Shown here: piece after piece, positions 34,808 through 46,184 of the stretch
How the letters are laid out: each line of letters begins with the position of its first letter
How positions within the stretch are numbered: the first letter of the stretch is position 1
Assembly: GCA_963813075.1 (NCBI GenBank)
Contig: CAWEXU010000007.1
Span: forward strand, 46,683 to 110,682
Origin: Methanotrichaceae archaeon
Lineage (GTDB): Archaea > Halobacteriota > Methanosarcinia > Methanotrichales > Methanotrichaceae
DNA length: 64,000 nt
Reading direction: 5' to 3'
Made by a program: the position numbers and the translations under genes
The notes under the pieces: generated by a model
The model's input: only the letters and a program-made list of their open reading frames with translations
Told to the model about the DNA's origin: nothing
Databases searched by the model: none

Positions 34808-36182
34808 TCAATCAACTGCTCTTCCTGAGACATAAAAGGAGTTGCATCCCGTGATCTCAACCATCACCCTCGAACCCAGGGGAATATTTTCTCCGACCAC
34901 CACCACACCCAGGTAGTTTGCCGCCCTGGCCTTCACTGTGCCTCCCTTTCCTGCCTCCACCGCCAGGCAGGGCAGGAGCCTTCCCAGGTAACGGCGATTC
35001 TTCCTGGCGGCAATATCCAGCCACAACTCTGTCATCGCCCTTGAACGGTCCTTCTTTATTCTGTCGGGCATGTCGTACATCCCCGCCGCTCCTGTGCCCG
35101 GCCGCTGAGAAAAGCGAGTGACATTGACCTTGTCCGGCTGCAGGCGATCTATTGCCCTCATGCTTTCCATAAAGTCCTCTTCCCTCTCGCCGGGAAAGCC
35201 TGTTATTATATCGGTGATTATGGTGATATCCTCATACTTTTTCCGGAAGGCATCCGCGACTGCCAGGAAGTCTTTTGCATTATATTTCCTTCCCATGCTC
35301 TGCAGGATCTCATCGGAGCCGGATTGCAGGGGGATATGGAGAAATCTGTAGACTTTAGGGCTGCTGAAGGCCTCGATCAGCTCCTCCAGCTGGAAAAGGA
35401 TGCTATCGGGATTCATCATCCCCACTCTCAGCTGGAAGTCTCCCGGGAGCCGAGCGGCCATCTGGAGGAGCCCGGCCAGGCTGAACCCCAGATCCCGACC
35501 GTAGGCCGCCGTGTCCTGGGCGGCGATCTGGATCTCAGCTGCCCCCTGCCGCTGCCACCCTCTTTATCTGGTCTATGATCTCCTCAGGAGGGCGGCTTTT
35601 TAGCCTGCCCCTGGCCTTGCGGACGATGCAGTAGCTGCAGCTCCCATTGCACCCCTCGGCCACATTGACAATGCTGCAGAGGCTGCAGAGGCTCGATGGG
35701 AGGAGAGGGGATGTGGGGAGAGGATGTGGGATGAGAGGATGTGGGAGCGCTCGATGGGGAAGGCATGATGGTGAAGATGATGATGAAGATGAAGATGATG
35801 GAGAGCATGACAGCGATGCATTTGGCATGCTCTCTTGCCCTGCCTGTCTGCGGGATGGTGAATCCCCAAACAGGTCTGCCAAGGCTGTGGCCCGGGCTCC
35901 ATTCAGCAGCCCCATGATCTTTCGGCAGCTTATCCCGCGGATGGAGTCGGGCAAGGCTTCAGCCAGGCAGCCGGCCACAACCAGCCTCTCGCCCTCCAGC
36001 TGCCGCAGCCGGCGGAGGACCTTTCTCTCCGTCCTTTCGGTGACCGCGCAGGTGTTCACTATCACCGCCTCCGCCTCCTTCAGGCCGGAAGGGGTATGGC
36101 CCATCTCCTGCAGGGCCTCCGCCAGATCCAGAGAGTTTCCGAAGTTCGATGTGCAGCCGAAGGTCTCGATATAAAACTTCAT
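34808..36182 (-). CDS. tRNA methylthiotransferase (MiaB/MtaB-like radical SAM), frameshifted
   Basis: ETFGCTSN, NTCAV, EGCNGSCSYC, HIPLQSGS and TDIITGFPGE motifs; C-terminal TRAM domain. Confidence 0.88.
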
Positions 36183-36200
36183 TAAATCCTCATTAAATCC

Positions 36201-37265
36201 TCATGATATGGTTTCATTCAAAGGCTGATCCTCAAGCCCATTTCGGGCCATCTCCTCTCTTCTCACCTGATAAATCCCTATGATCGCCCCGATGACCGCG
36301 GGAGCGAGGAAGAAGCCGCCGATCCCCGCCACCAGAGCCCCACCGAAAAAGGAGAGCAAGACCAGCAGGGGGTGCATTGAGGACCTGGTGGAGATGATAT
36401 AGGGCCTTATGAACAGCTCTGAGGGAAGGTAGATGAGAGTGGAGCTGATGACCAGGAAGAATAGCGCTCCCTCCAGGCCCACGGCGAAGTAGCGGTAGAC
36501 GGCCAGGGGGACCAGGACCGCCCAGGAGGTGAGGATCGGGACCATGCCGGCGACAAAAACGATGCTCGCCAAAGCTATGGGCCGGGGGATGTTGAAGAGA
36601 TAGAATATCACCGCTGCGATCAGGCTTCCCACGATTGAGGTGTAGACGGTGCCGATGAATATGCCGCTCAGAATGCGGTCGATTCTCTCGATGTACCTCT
36701 CCAGGACTCTCATATCTCCGTCCGGCAGGAGGGATATCAGCGATCCCACGAAGGCCTCGCCGTCCAGGAGGATGAAGTAGCAGATGGGAAAGGAGATGAG
36801 AAAGTTGATTATCCCCAAAGAGGCCACCCTGCCGATCTGGAGGATAGGAATGGATGCTGCCAGGGAGGCGATCAGGCCGAAGACGTTCTCAAAACCAGAG
36901 AGCAGGCTCTCCCTGGCCCAGGGAGGAAGTTCGGTCGCCGTCTGCTGCATCAGAATGCCCAGCCATGATCGAAGTGCCTCCTGGTTTTTTGCCAGGGCTA
37001 TTATCTGGTTGGCCACTTCAAGGGTCCCCAGGCCCAGCATGAGAAATATGGGGACCACGACGCAGACGGCAGCGACGAGCGAGCCCAGCCTTCTTCTCTT
37101 GCCGAACATGTCCCTGATGGGCCGGCCCACATAAGCGAAGACGCTGCCCAGGATTATGCCGTCTAAGAATGGAAAGGCAAAGTAGGCGGTCACGAGGACC
37201 GCGGCCAGGGCTAGGAGCAGGATACCCTTGTGCTCTCTGCACCAGCGACCAGGGTCGTAGTCCAT
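36201..37265 (-). CDS. AI-2E family transporter
   Basis: Multi-TM protein; RP......MHPLLVLLSFFGG....IGG..L.P motif. Confidence 0.85.
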   Translation of the reverse strand: MDYDPGRWCREHKGILLLALAAVLVTAYFAFPFLDGIILGSVFAYVGRPIRDMFGKRRRLGSLVAAVCVVVPIFLMLGLGTLEVANQIIALAKNQEALRSWLGILMQQTATELPPWARESLLSGFENVFGLIASLAASIPILQIGRVASLGIINFLISFPICYFILLDGEAFVGSLISLLPDGDMRVLERYIERIDRILSGIFIGTVYTSIVGSLIAAVIFYLFNIPRPIALASIVFVAGMVPILTSWAVLVPLAVYRYFAVGLEGALFFLVISSTLIYLPSELFIRPYIISTRSSMHPLLVLLSFFGGALVAGIGGFFLAPAVIGAIIGIYQVRREEMARNGLEDQPLNETIS

Positions 37266-37506
37266 GGGTCACACCGAGGAACGAAGCATTTTGTCTTATT
37301 GCGGAGTTCGTCTGCTTGATAGATATGAGTGACGCTTTATTAATGTTTCAAGGGTATGAGAACAGGTGGATAGATATATGCCAGAGGTCAAGGATGCGCA
37401 TAAGAAGATGATGACTGAGGATCAAGCGTTCTTCAGGTAGGGAAATGAACTCTTCTTGAGGCTTCGCCTGCCACTGTTTTCTGTTCTTTTTTCTTGCCTT
37501 GATCGT

Positions 37507-37655
37507 CTCCGTGAGTTTTTGTGAACTTTGTGCGCTTTGTGGTTGGTTAATTTGGCTCTTAATTTTATTGCATAGCTATTATTTCACCACAAAGAACACA
37601 AAGCGCACAAAGGGCCCATAAAGGAAAAGACGGCACTCCTTCGAAAGCTCATCTT
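37507..37655. repeat. Palindromic REP-like element
   Basis: TTTGTGAACTTTGTGCGCTTTGTGGT arm, AT-rich spacer, inverted ACCACAAAGAACACAAAGCGCACAAAG arm. Confidence 0.85.
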
Positions 37656-37658
37656 CTC

Positions 37659-38798
37659 TCATGCATACGCCAGCTCCAGCATCCCCTCCAGCCGCTCCAG
37701 CCTCTCCCCAGGATCCTGGTTCTGCTCACGCACCCAGGCGAGCAGCTTCTTTACCGCCCGGCCACTGTCGATGATATCTCCTGCCTTCTCCACTCCCTCT
37801 CGCAGGTCCTCTGAGCGGCCGGTGATGCAGAGCAATGGAGCAGCATTCAGGCATACGATCTCCCTTCTGTCCCCCCGATCTAAACCTGACAGGACCCGAA
37901 GCAGCCTTACTGCCTCCTTTTCGATATCCCCGAGGTTGAGAAGGGCTGATTCATCCCCCTTCTCCAGGCCCAGGTCGCAGGCATAAAGAGCATACTCCCT
38001 GATCCTGCCATCCTCATCCAGCTCCGCCACATCCGTTCTGCCCAGGGTGGAGAGCTCATCCATCCCCCGCAGATCGTCCCCGCTCCGGCCGTGGACCACA
38101 AAGGCCCTCTTGTAGCCGATCTCCTTCATCGCCTGGGCGATGGGCAGAACCATCTCCCGGCTATAGACCCCACGGACCCCGTAGGCGGGCAGAGCGGGAT
38201 TGGCCAGGGAGCCGGCGATGTTCAGGACGGTGCCGAACCTGATCTGAGAGAGGATTCTGGAGAGGGCAGAGGGGTGGACCTTGCCGCTCATGCCGTTGAA
38301 GATGCCGATCCCTGCCACCTCGATGCTCCTTTTCACCAGGTCCACATCGCAGTCCACGTCGACGCCCAGCATCTCGAGCATATCCACTGTGCCGCAGCGG
38401 GAGGTTATCGCCCGGCTGCCATGCTTGGCCATATTGATGCCATCCGCTGCCGCCACAATCGAGGCTGCGGTGCTGATATTGAAGGTCTTGATCGAGTCCA
38501 TGCCCGTGCCGCAGTTCTCCGCCAGCGGCCCCTGGACATCGGGCCGGACCTTCAATGTGTCCACCTCGTATATCGCCTCCCAGATGCCGGCGATCTCCTC
38601 CGCTGTGGCTCCCTTAGCGGTGATGGCGGCCAGAAACGCCCCCTGCTGCAGATCCGGCTGCTCGTTTTTCAGGATCTGGCGGAATAGCTCAAAGGCCTCG
38701 CCTCGGCTAAGGCTTTTGCCTTTGATCAGATCGTCCACCTTCCTTCCAAAGTGCTTCAAGCTCTCTTCCGACACCACTTTCGACAAATCTCTAGCCAT
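37659..38798 (-). CDS. Anthranilate phosphoribosyltransferase-like protein (divergent TrpD paralog)
   Basis: CGTGMD..KTFNIST, AKHGSR, VVHG...MDE and LNAA motifs; GGGAGGG RBS before ATG at 38798. Confidence 0.8.
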   Translation of the reverse strand: MARDLSKVVSEESLKHFGRKVDDLIKGKSLSRGEAFELFRQILKNEQPDLQQGAFLAAITAKGATAEEIAGIWEAIYEVDTLKVRPDVQGPLAENCGTGMDSIKTFNISTAASIVAAADGINMAKHGSRAITSRCGTVDMLEMLGVDVDCDVDLVKRSIEVAGIGIFNGMSGKVHPSALSRILSQIRFGTVLNIAGSLANPALPAYGVRGVYSREMVLPIAQAMKEIGYKRAFVVHGRSGDDLRGMDELSTLGRTDVAELDEDGRIREYALYACDLGLEKGDESALLNLGDIEKEAVRLLRVLSGLDRGDRREIVCLNAAPLLCITGRSEDLREGVEKAGDIIDSGRAVKKLLAWVREQNQDPGERLERLEGMLELAYA

Positions 38799-38889
38799 CT
38801 TCCCCTCCCTTTCGCTATAATTTCCATGCCTAATGACTATTGATTCTGAATTGATTCTATCGATTCTAATGATGCTATTGCTGCTCTTT

Positions 38890-40011
38890 TTAAACCGCAC
38901 AGACAACCGACTTCAATCCTTCTCGCCTGGAGGAATGCTCAAATGCATCCCCGATCCGGTCCAGATCAGCTTTCTTGGTGATGATCCAGTCGGCCTTTAT
39001 CTGCCCGGATTCAAGGAGCCGGGCTGCCATTCTGTTCTGCCGGCTGCTGCAGCCGTACGAGCCGGTGATGGTCTGCTCAAGGTAATGCATCGAGCGCAGG
39101 TCGATCGTCTCCTCATACTCGCCTGGCCGGGGACCGGAGAATATGCAGATTCTCCCCCCAGGCGCAAGCAGCCTCATCTGCCTCTGGCTGATCTTCACCT
39201 CCGGGGTGGCAGTGAGGATAGCGTCCACTCCCCTGCCATCGGTCTCGCTCAGAACCGTCTTTTCCGCTTCACTGAGCATATCCGGATCCTGCCCATCATC
39301 ATCCCGGTTGCCGGAGGATAGGTCGATCACCTGGGCAGAGGTATGCCTCCTGATCTCCTCGATCCTTCCGGGCAGCCTCTCTGCCAGCAGGATCTTTTCC
39401 GCCCCCTTTAATTCCGCCAGGAGGACATGAAGAGCGCCAATTGGTCCTCCGCCCCAGATCAGCACAGTGTCCCCCTCTCTGACCCTGGCCTGCTCCTGTC
39501 CGTTAATGCAGCAGGCTAAAGGCTCGGTCAGGGTGAAGAGGGCAGGGTCCGCTCCCTCTGGCAGGGGATAGAGAGCGGTACTACTGCCAGAAGACTCAGA
39601 AAGGCTCTGAGCGGGCAGGGCCAGATACTGGGCAAACCCCCCGTCGATGTTGAAGCCGATTATCTTCATATCCCGGCAGCGGTTGTCTGCGCCCTGCAAG
39701 CAGGCAGGGCAGCATCCGCAGGCGATGCCCGGCCAGATCTGGACCAGATCGCCCGGCTTAAAGCTGGAGGAGCTGTTGGCTCTCGCCTTAAGGTCGATCT
39801 CCTCTATCCGGCCCACAACCTCATGCCCCAGGACGCGCGGATAGCAGAGGTCCCGGTGCCCCTGATAGAGCATCTTGATGTCCGTTCCGCAGATAGCGCA
39901 GGCCTCGACTCTGATCAGCGCCCCTCCCGGAGGGCACAGAGGATCGGGCAGATCCATCAGCTCCAGGTTCTTTGGGCTTTTCAGCACTGCTGCTTTCATG
40001 ATTCGGTCCAC
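38890..40011 (-). CDS. Zinc-dependent medium-chain dehydrogenase
   Basis: CGTD, GHE, CGCCPAC......C, EPLAC and GGGPIG motifs. Confidence 0.88.
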   Translation of the reverse strand: MDRIMKAAVLKSPKNLELMDLPDPLCPPGGALIRVEACAICGTDIKMLYQGHRDLCYPRVLGHEVVGRIEEIDLKARANSSSSFKPGDLVQIWPGIACGCCPACLQGADNRCRDMKIIGFNIDGGFAQYLALPAQSLSESSGSSTALYPLPEGADPALFTLTEPLACCINGQEQARVREGDTVLIWGGGPIGALHVLLAELKGAEKILLAERLPGRIEEIRRHTSAQVIDLSSGNRDDDGQDPDMLSEAEKTVLSETDGRGVDAILTATPEVKISQRQMRLLAPGGRICIFSGPRPGEYEETIDLRSMHYLEQTITGSYGCSSRQNRMAARLLESGQIKADWIITKKADLDRIGDAFEHSSRREGLKSVVCAV

Positions 40012-40015
40012 GGCC

Positions 40016-41069
40016 CTATTTTTTGGGAAGCTCGACCGTCATCAAAACCCGGTCGGTCTCACTGACCAGTTGCTCCTGAGTGAATCCATAAAGCCCCGCC
40101 AGAAGGCTGGCTCCGCCCATGCCCACTCCCTCTTTGACATAACCCTGGGCATAGACCTGCAGCCCGGGAATCTTCGATCTCTCAAGACCCGGATCGGCAT
40201 AGTAGTAGGGCCTCTTCGTAGCCTCCACTATCTGCCGGAAGTTGGCCGTCCGGTCCTCCATGATGTACTTCGTGGTGGCAATGGAGATGTCCCCTTTCAG
40301 GTCCAGGGACTTTCCCAGAGCCAGCACAGTTGCCATCTGCGTTCCCCCTGCCAGCACCACTCTACACCCGGAGTTGGAGCAGGAAAGGCCGCTGATCAAT
40401 CCCAGGGCGCAGGGCATCATGGGGTCGCCCAATTCCCGTATCGCTTCCATTGGATCGTCCTTCAGGCTTCCCGCAGCCACTCCGGCCCGGTTCATGGCCT
40501 CTGCTGCCACCTGCTCCTTGAGGCCTGTCGGATTGGAGACAAAGCTGCTGCTTACCTTTTCCCTGTAGCCGAGGGCCCGGAGGACGGCTAAGAGCGGTGG
40601 TTGTGCCCCCTGCTATTGACTCCCCGATGAAGATGCAGTCAGAGAGCCCGGCAAGCTTGCTTCCCAGCCGCCTGGCCCTTTCAAATGTCCCCTGGGGATC
40701 GATGACCGCGCTCTCCTTTCGGATGTCCCCTCCAGGCTGGCCTCCCAGCTCAACGTAAGGTACGGCCGGCTTTTTTCGCAGGCCTGAGGCCACGAATAGG
40801 GAGTTGATGCCCGTGAGGTTCAGGGCCGCTTTGGTGATCACCGCCGGGGTGGGCGAGCCTCCGGGAGCTTCAGGCAGCTCGGGCATGGTGATGATTTTGT
40901 TGGTCTCCACCAATTCCGCGTCTGCTCCTGGGGTGTAGTCGGTCAATTCGGGAGTGGTACCCGCGGCGGAGAGGCCGGGAATCTTACCGGTGTCCGTATT
41001 GGATATGATGCAGAGGAATAGCGGCCGCTGGGGGCGAGGCCCGAAATCGGGATAGATCCATTCTGGCAT
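40016..41069 (-). CDS. cobT: Nicotinate-nucleotide:base phosphoribosyltransferase, archaeal CobT (frameshift near 40585)
   Basis: IPGLSAAG, TPGADAE, GESIAGGTTTAL, LAGGTQM and KEGVGMGG motifs. Confidence 0.9.
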
Positions 41070-41255
41070 GAAATACAATCAGGCGATCCGGGTATATTAA
41101 ATCAACGCTACATTATTTAATTCAAGTTTATTTGAATGGCGCTAAAGTGGTTTTGTACTCTCGCGCAGATGCCACCGATCGCTATTGAAGAGACTTTCAT
41201 CTTCTTTTTTTCTCCATTCCAACCGATATTGAAAAGTCCCCCTGGGGTCGTCTTC

Positions 41256-41284
41256 CTCTGTCCGCTCTGTGACTCTGCGGTTTT
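41256..41284 (+). repeat. Single REP-like arm
   Basis: CTCTGTCCGCTCTGTGACTCTGCGGT, same periodic motif family as the other REP-like elements. Confidence 0.55.
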
Positions 41285-41470
41285 TCCCGTATACCAGATT
41301 CCTTTTTCTTCTCATCTCTGGCGATATCAGCCCTGTTCAGCCTGCCTCCCCCGAGGTCTTCTAGGGCATTGCTCGACAAAGGCTTATAAAGGAGAAGGTG
41401 AGACTGAGGCTTGTTGTAGGCAAATGACGAAAAGTCTATCGCCGAATAGTGGAATACTGGAGGTTTATAA

Positions 41471-42224
41471 TTGAGCATAAGATTCTTGATTCTTCCCCTG
41501 ATGCTCGCATTGCTCAGCGCAGGCCTGTCTCTAGGGCAGATCGCAGATAATACAAGCATTGTGGATGATAATTCCAGCATACTGGCAGCTGAAGATCTGA
41601 ACGCCACTCTGGCCTTGAACCAGAGCGCCCCCCTGAATGGGACTGAGAATGTGACCGTTCCCGCAATCAATCTGACGCCCGCACTCTCGGGACCTAATCT
41701 GAACTACATCTGGTCGTTCTCCGGCATTGAGGCCGGCCCCATAACCATGGTTCTGGAGCAGAATGGCAGCGATCTCCTCGGCCGGGCCAAGTATGAGCCG
41801 GAGGGCGGAAAAGCCTGGAATGCCGATGTCATGGGCTCAGTTGCAGGAGATAAAGTGGACCTGACCATGAGCGCTGTGAAGGACAATGTGATGACCATCA
41901 CCAGGCTGGCAGGCACCTTCGCCAATGAGTCCGTCAGCGGCAACTTCACCCAGGTGAGCGAGGGCAAGATCCTCAGCAACGGCACCTTCAATGCCATGTG
42001 GATCAATCCGGACACCTCCAGCTACACTCCGGCAACGGTCGAAGTGCCAGCAGCAGTGGTGGCGCCAGCTGCCATCGTGGATAATGCGACCACGACTGAC
42101 TGAGACTGCTGCTGAAGAGGTAAAGGAAGAGAAATCAAGATTCGTCGACGTTCGTGAGTACAAAGATAAAATCGGTCCGGGCGGCGACCTGAGCGGCATT
42201 CCGCCAGGCATGAGCGGATTGTAG
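41471..42224 (+). CDS. Hypothetical secreted protein (frameshift near 42100)
   Basis: Signal peptide; YIWS.SGIE, AKYEP.G..AWNA, WINPDTSSY and C-terminal DVRE shared with the next gene. Confidence 0.75.
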
Positions 42225-42276
42225 AGATAAAGGATCGCCGGTGGCCTGAAAAACCGGCATATCAACTCTTTTTTTC

Positions 42277-42500
42277 CGGTTCCTCGCTGTTTCTTGTGGG
42301 TAATAGAATGGTCGAGTCCTCTGTGAGTTCTCCGTGCGCTTTGTGCCTCTCTGGTAGTAGTTCGTACACAGTGGTTATAACCAGTGGCGAGCGACGTTCC
42401 ACCACAGAGACACAAAGTTCACAGAGTACGCACAGAGCGCCTAACCAAGAACTGGAAAATCATAGAAACCTCTGGTTAGCCACAGGAAATAGCGAAAAAC
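42277..42500. repeat. Composite nested palindromic REP-like element
   Basis: Inner arms 42319-42355 and 42401-42437 (CTCTGTG.../...CACAGAG); outer arms CGCTGTTTCTTGTGGGTAA and TTAGCCACAGGAAATAGCG. Confidence 0.75.
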
Positions 42501-42587
42501 CTTTTTTCCTCTATCCAAAGGAAGGCATCACCAAGGAACCTGGGATGCTTTATAGTAAAATAATGATAATAGGATAGCTAAGGTAGA

Positions 42588-44575
<1,988 letters not shown>

Positions 44576-44673
44576 TCACTCCCAGATTATCTCTCTTGCA
44601 GTATAATCCTTTGCCAGCATCTTAGGCCAGGATCAGGCAAAAGGTGATATAATTTCCAGACAAATTCTTTTCA

Positions 44674-45603
44674 ATGGCACTGGTGATAGGCCACCGCACA
44701 GCCTGCGCGCTGGCCGCAGAAAACAGCCTGGAGGGCATAAGAGCAGCGAAATCCTGCCTGGCGGATTATGTCCATATGGATGTGAGGCTCACTAAGGACG
44801 GCAAGCTCGTGCTGATGCATGATGAGAGCGTGGACAGGACTACAGAGGGCAAGGGAATGGTCCAGGATCTGGACTATAAGGAAATCAAGTCCATCCATAT
44901 CAAGTCACTCCATACCGGAAATGAGCCGGTCCCCACACTGAGAGAGGCTCTATCCCTGGCAGAAGAGCTGGAGCTGGGGGTGGTGGTGGAGATGAAAGAG
45001 GAGGGCCTCGAAGCCCTGGTGGCAGATGCCGTTCCGAAGGAAAAGAGTATCATCACCTCCTCTTATCACGCCAGCCTGCGCGAGATCAAGGACATCTCCG
45101 ACCTTAAAACCGGAATCATCATAACCTCACTGCCCATAAAGCCGGTGGAGCTGGCCTTATGGGCAGAAGCTGATGCCATATTTCCCAGGAGAGTTAATCC
45201 TCGTTTTTTCAAGGAGGCGCATCAGCAGGGCCTTGAGGTCTATCCGGGGGTGGTCAACACGGTGGAACAGGCGGCCTGGCTTCTGCGTCTGGGAGCGGAC
45301 GGCCTCTTAACGGACGATCCCTGTCTCATAAAAGAGGCGCTGGATCAGCCGGTCAAGGCCACGGGGAGGGCCAATTGCGAATATTATCCCTGCCACCACT
45401 TCGAGGATCAGGATTGCACCCACTGCTTCTGTCCCCTGTATCCCTGCAAGGACGAGGATCTGGGCAAGTTTGTGAGAACGAAGAGGGGGAAGAGGTTCTG
45501 GAGCTGCATCGACTGTAAGCTCGTCCACCGGCCAAATGTGGCAAAATATCTGGCCGCCCACCCAGAATCGACTACGGAAGAGCTTAAAGCCCTTAGAGAC
45601 TGA
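44674..45603 (+). CDS. Glycerophosphodiester phosphodiesterase-like domain fused to a Cys-rich small domain
   Basis: GHR, ENS, DVRLTKDG, MHD and TDDP motifs; C-terminal CEYYPCH....DCTHCFCPLYPC...WSCIDC...H. Confidence 0.8.
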   Translation: MALVIGHRTACALAAENSLEGIRAAKSCLADYVHMDVRLTKDGKLVLMHDESVDRTTEGKGMVQDLDYKEIKSIHIKSLHTGNEPVPTLREALSLAEELELGVVVEMKEEGLEALVADAVPKEKSIITSSYHASLREIKDISDLKTGIIITSLPIKPVELALWAEADAIFPRRVNPRFFKEAHQQGLEVYPGVVNTVEQAAWLLRLGADGLLTDDPCLIKEALDQPVKATGRANCEYYPCHHFEDQDCTHCFCPLYPCKDEDLGKFVRTKRGKRFWSCIDCKLVHRPNVAKYLAAHPESTTEELKALRD

Positions 45604-45642
45604 TCAGACGACTCAGATCCAAAGCACCTCGTATCGCCGTTA

Positions 45643-46134
45643 ATGCTTTGGAATATAGCTCTTACCGACGGAAAGCTTTATGGATACCTGCGGGATAATG
45701 CAGACCTCATGAGACATATTATGCTTGTACTGATTGCTCTGATTGCTCTGGTCGGGCTTATGCCGGGCGGCATGGGCAAGGATGCTGCGCCGTTTGAAAT
45801 GACAACATTTAATGAAGCAGGTGATGCATCTATATTGACCACTCCTTCTATAGCTGCCTTCCTAAACGACAGCTGGGTGCCAACTGGATTTGTCGCTCCC
45901 TCTGCAAGCGCTCCTCTGTATAAAAAGAAATCACTCAGCAATAACACCACCAACTCCACATATGCCATTTATGACTTCCTGCAGAACGAAACCAATACCA
46001 CAAACAATGCCACCCTGGAGAACTATATGGTAAAAGGCGGCAGCATATATCAGTTCCTGAAGGACAACTGGACCTCTTCCACCCCGGTTCAGGTCATCAA
46101 GACCGCTCCATTCACCAAGGGCAAAATGAGCTAA
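45643..46134 (+). CDS. Hypothetical secreted protein (start may be 45709)
   Basis: Signal-peptide-like N-terminus; many NxT/S sequons; repeated I..FL...W motif. Confidence 0.6.
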   Translation: MLWNIALTDGKLYGYLRDNADLMRHIMLVLIALIALVGLMPGGMGKDAAPFEMTTFNEAGDASILTTPSIAAFLNDSWVPTGFVAPSASAPLYKKKSLSNNTTNSTYAIYDFLQNETNTTNNATLENYMVKGGSIYQFLKDNWTSSTPVQVIKTAPFTKGKMS

Positions 46135-46184
46135 AGCTCATCTTTTTCTTCTTCTTTATTTATTAGTATATTATTATTCTTTAT

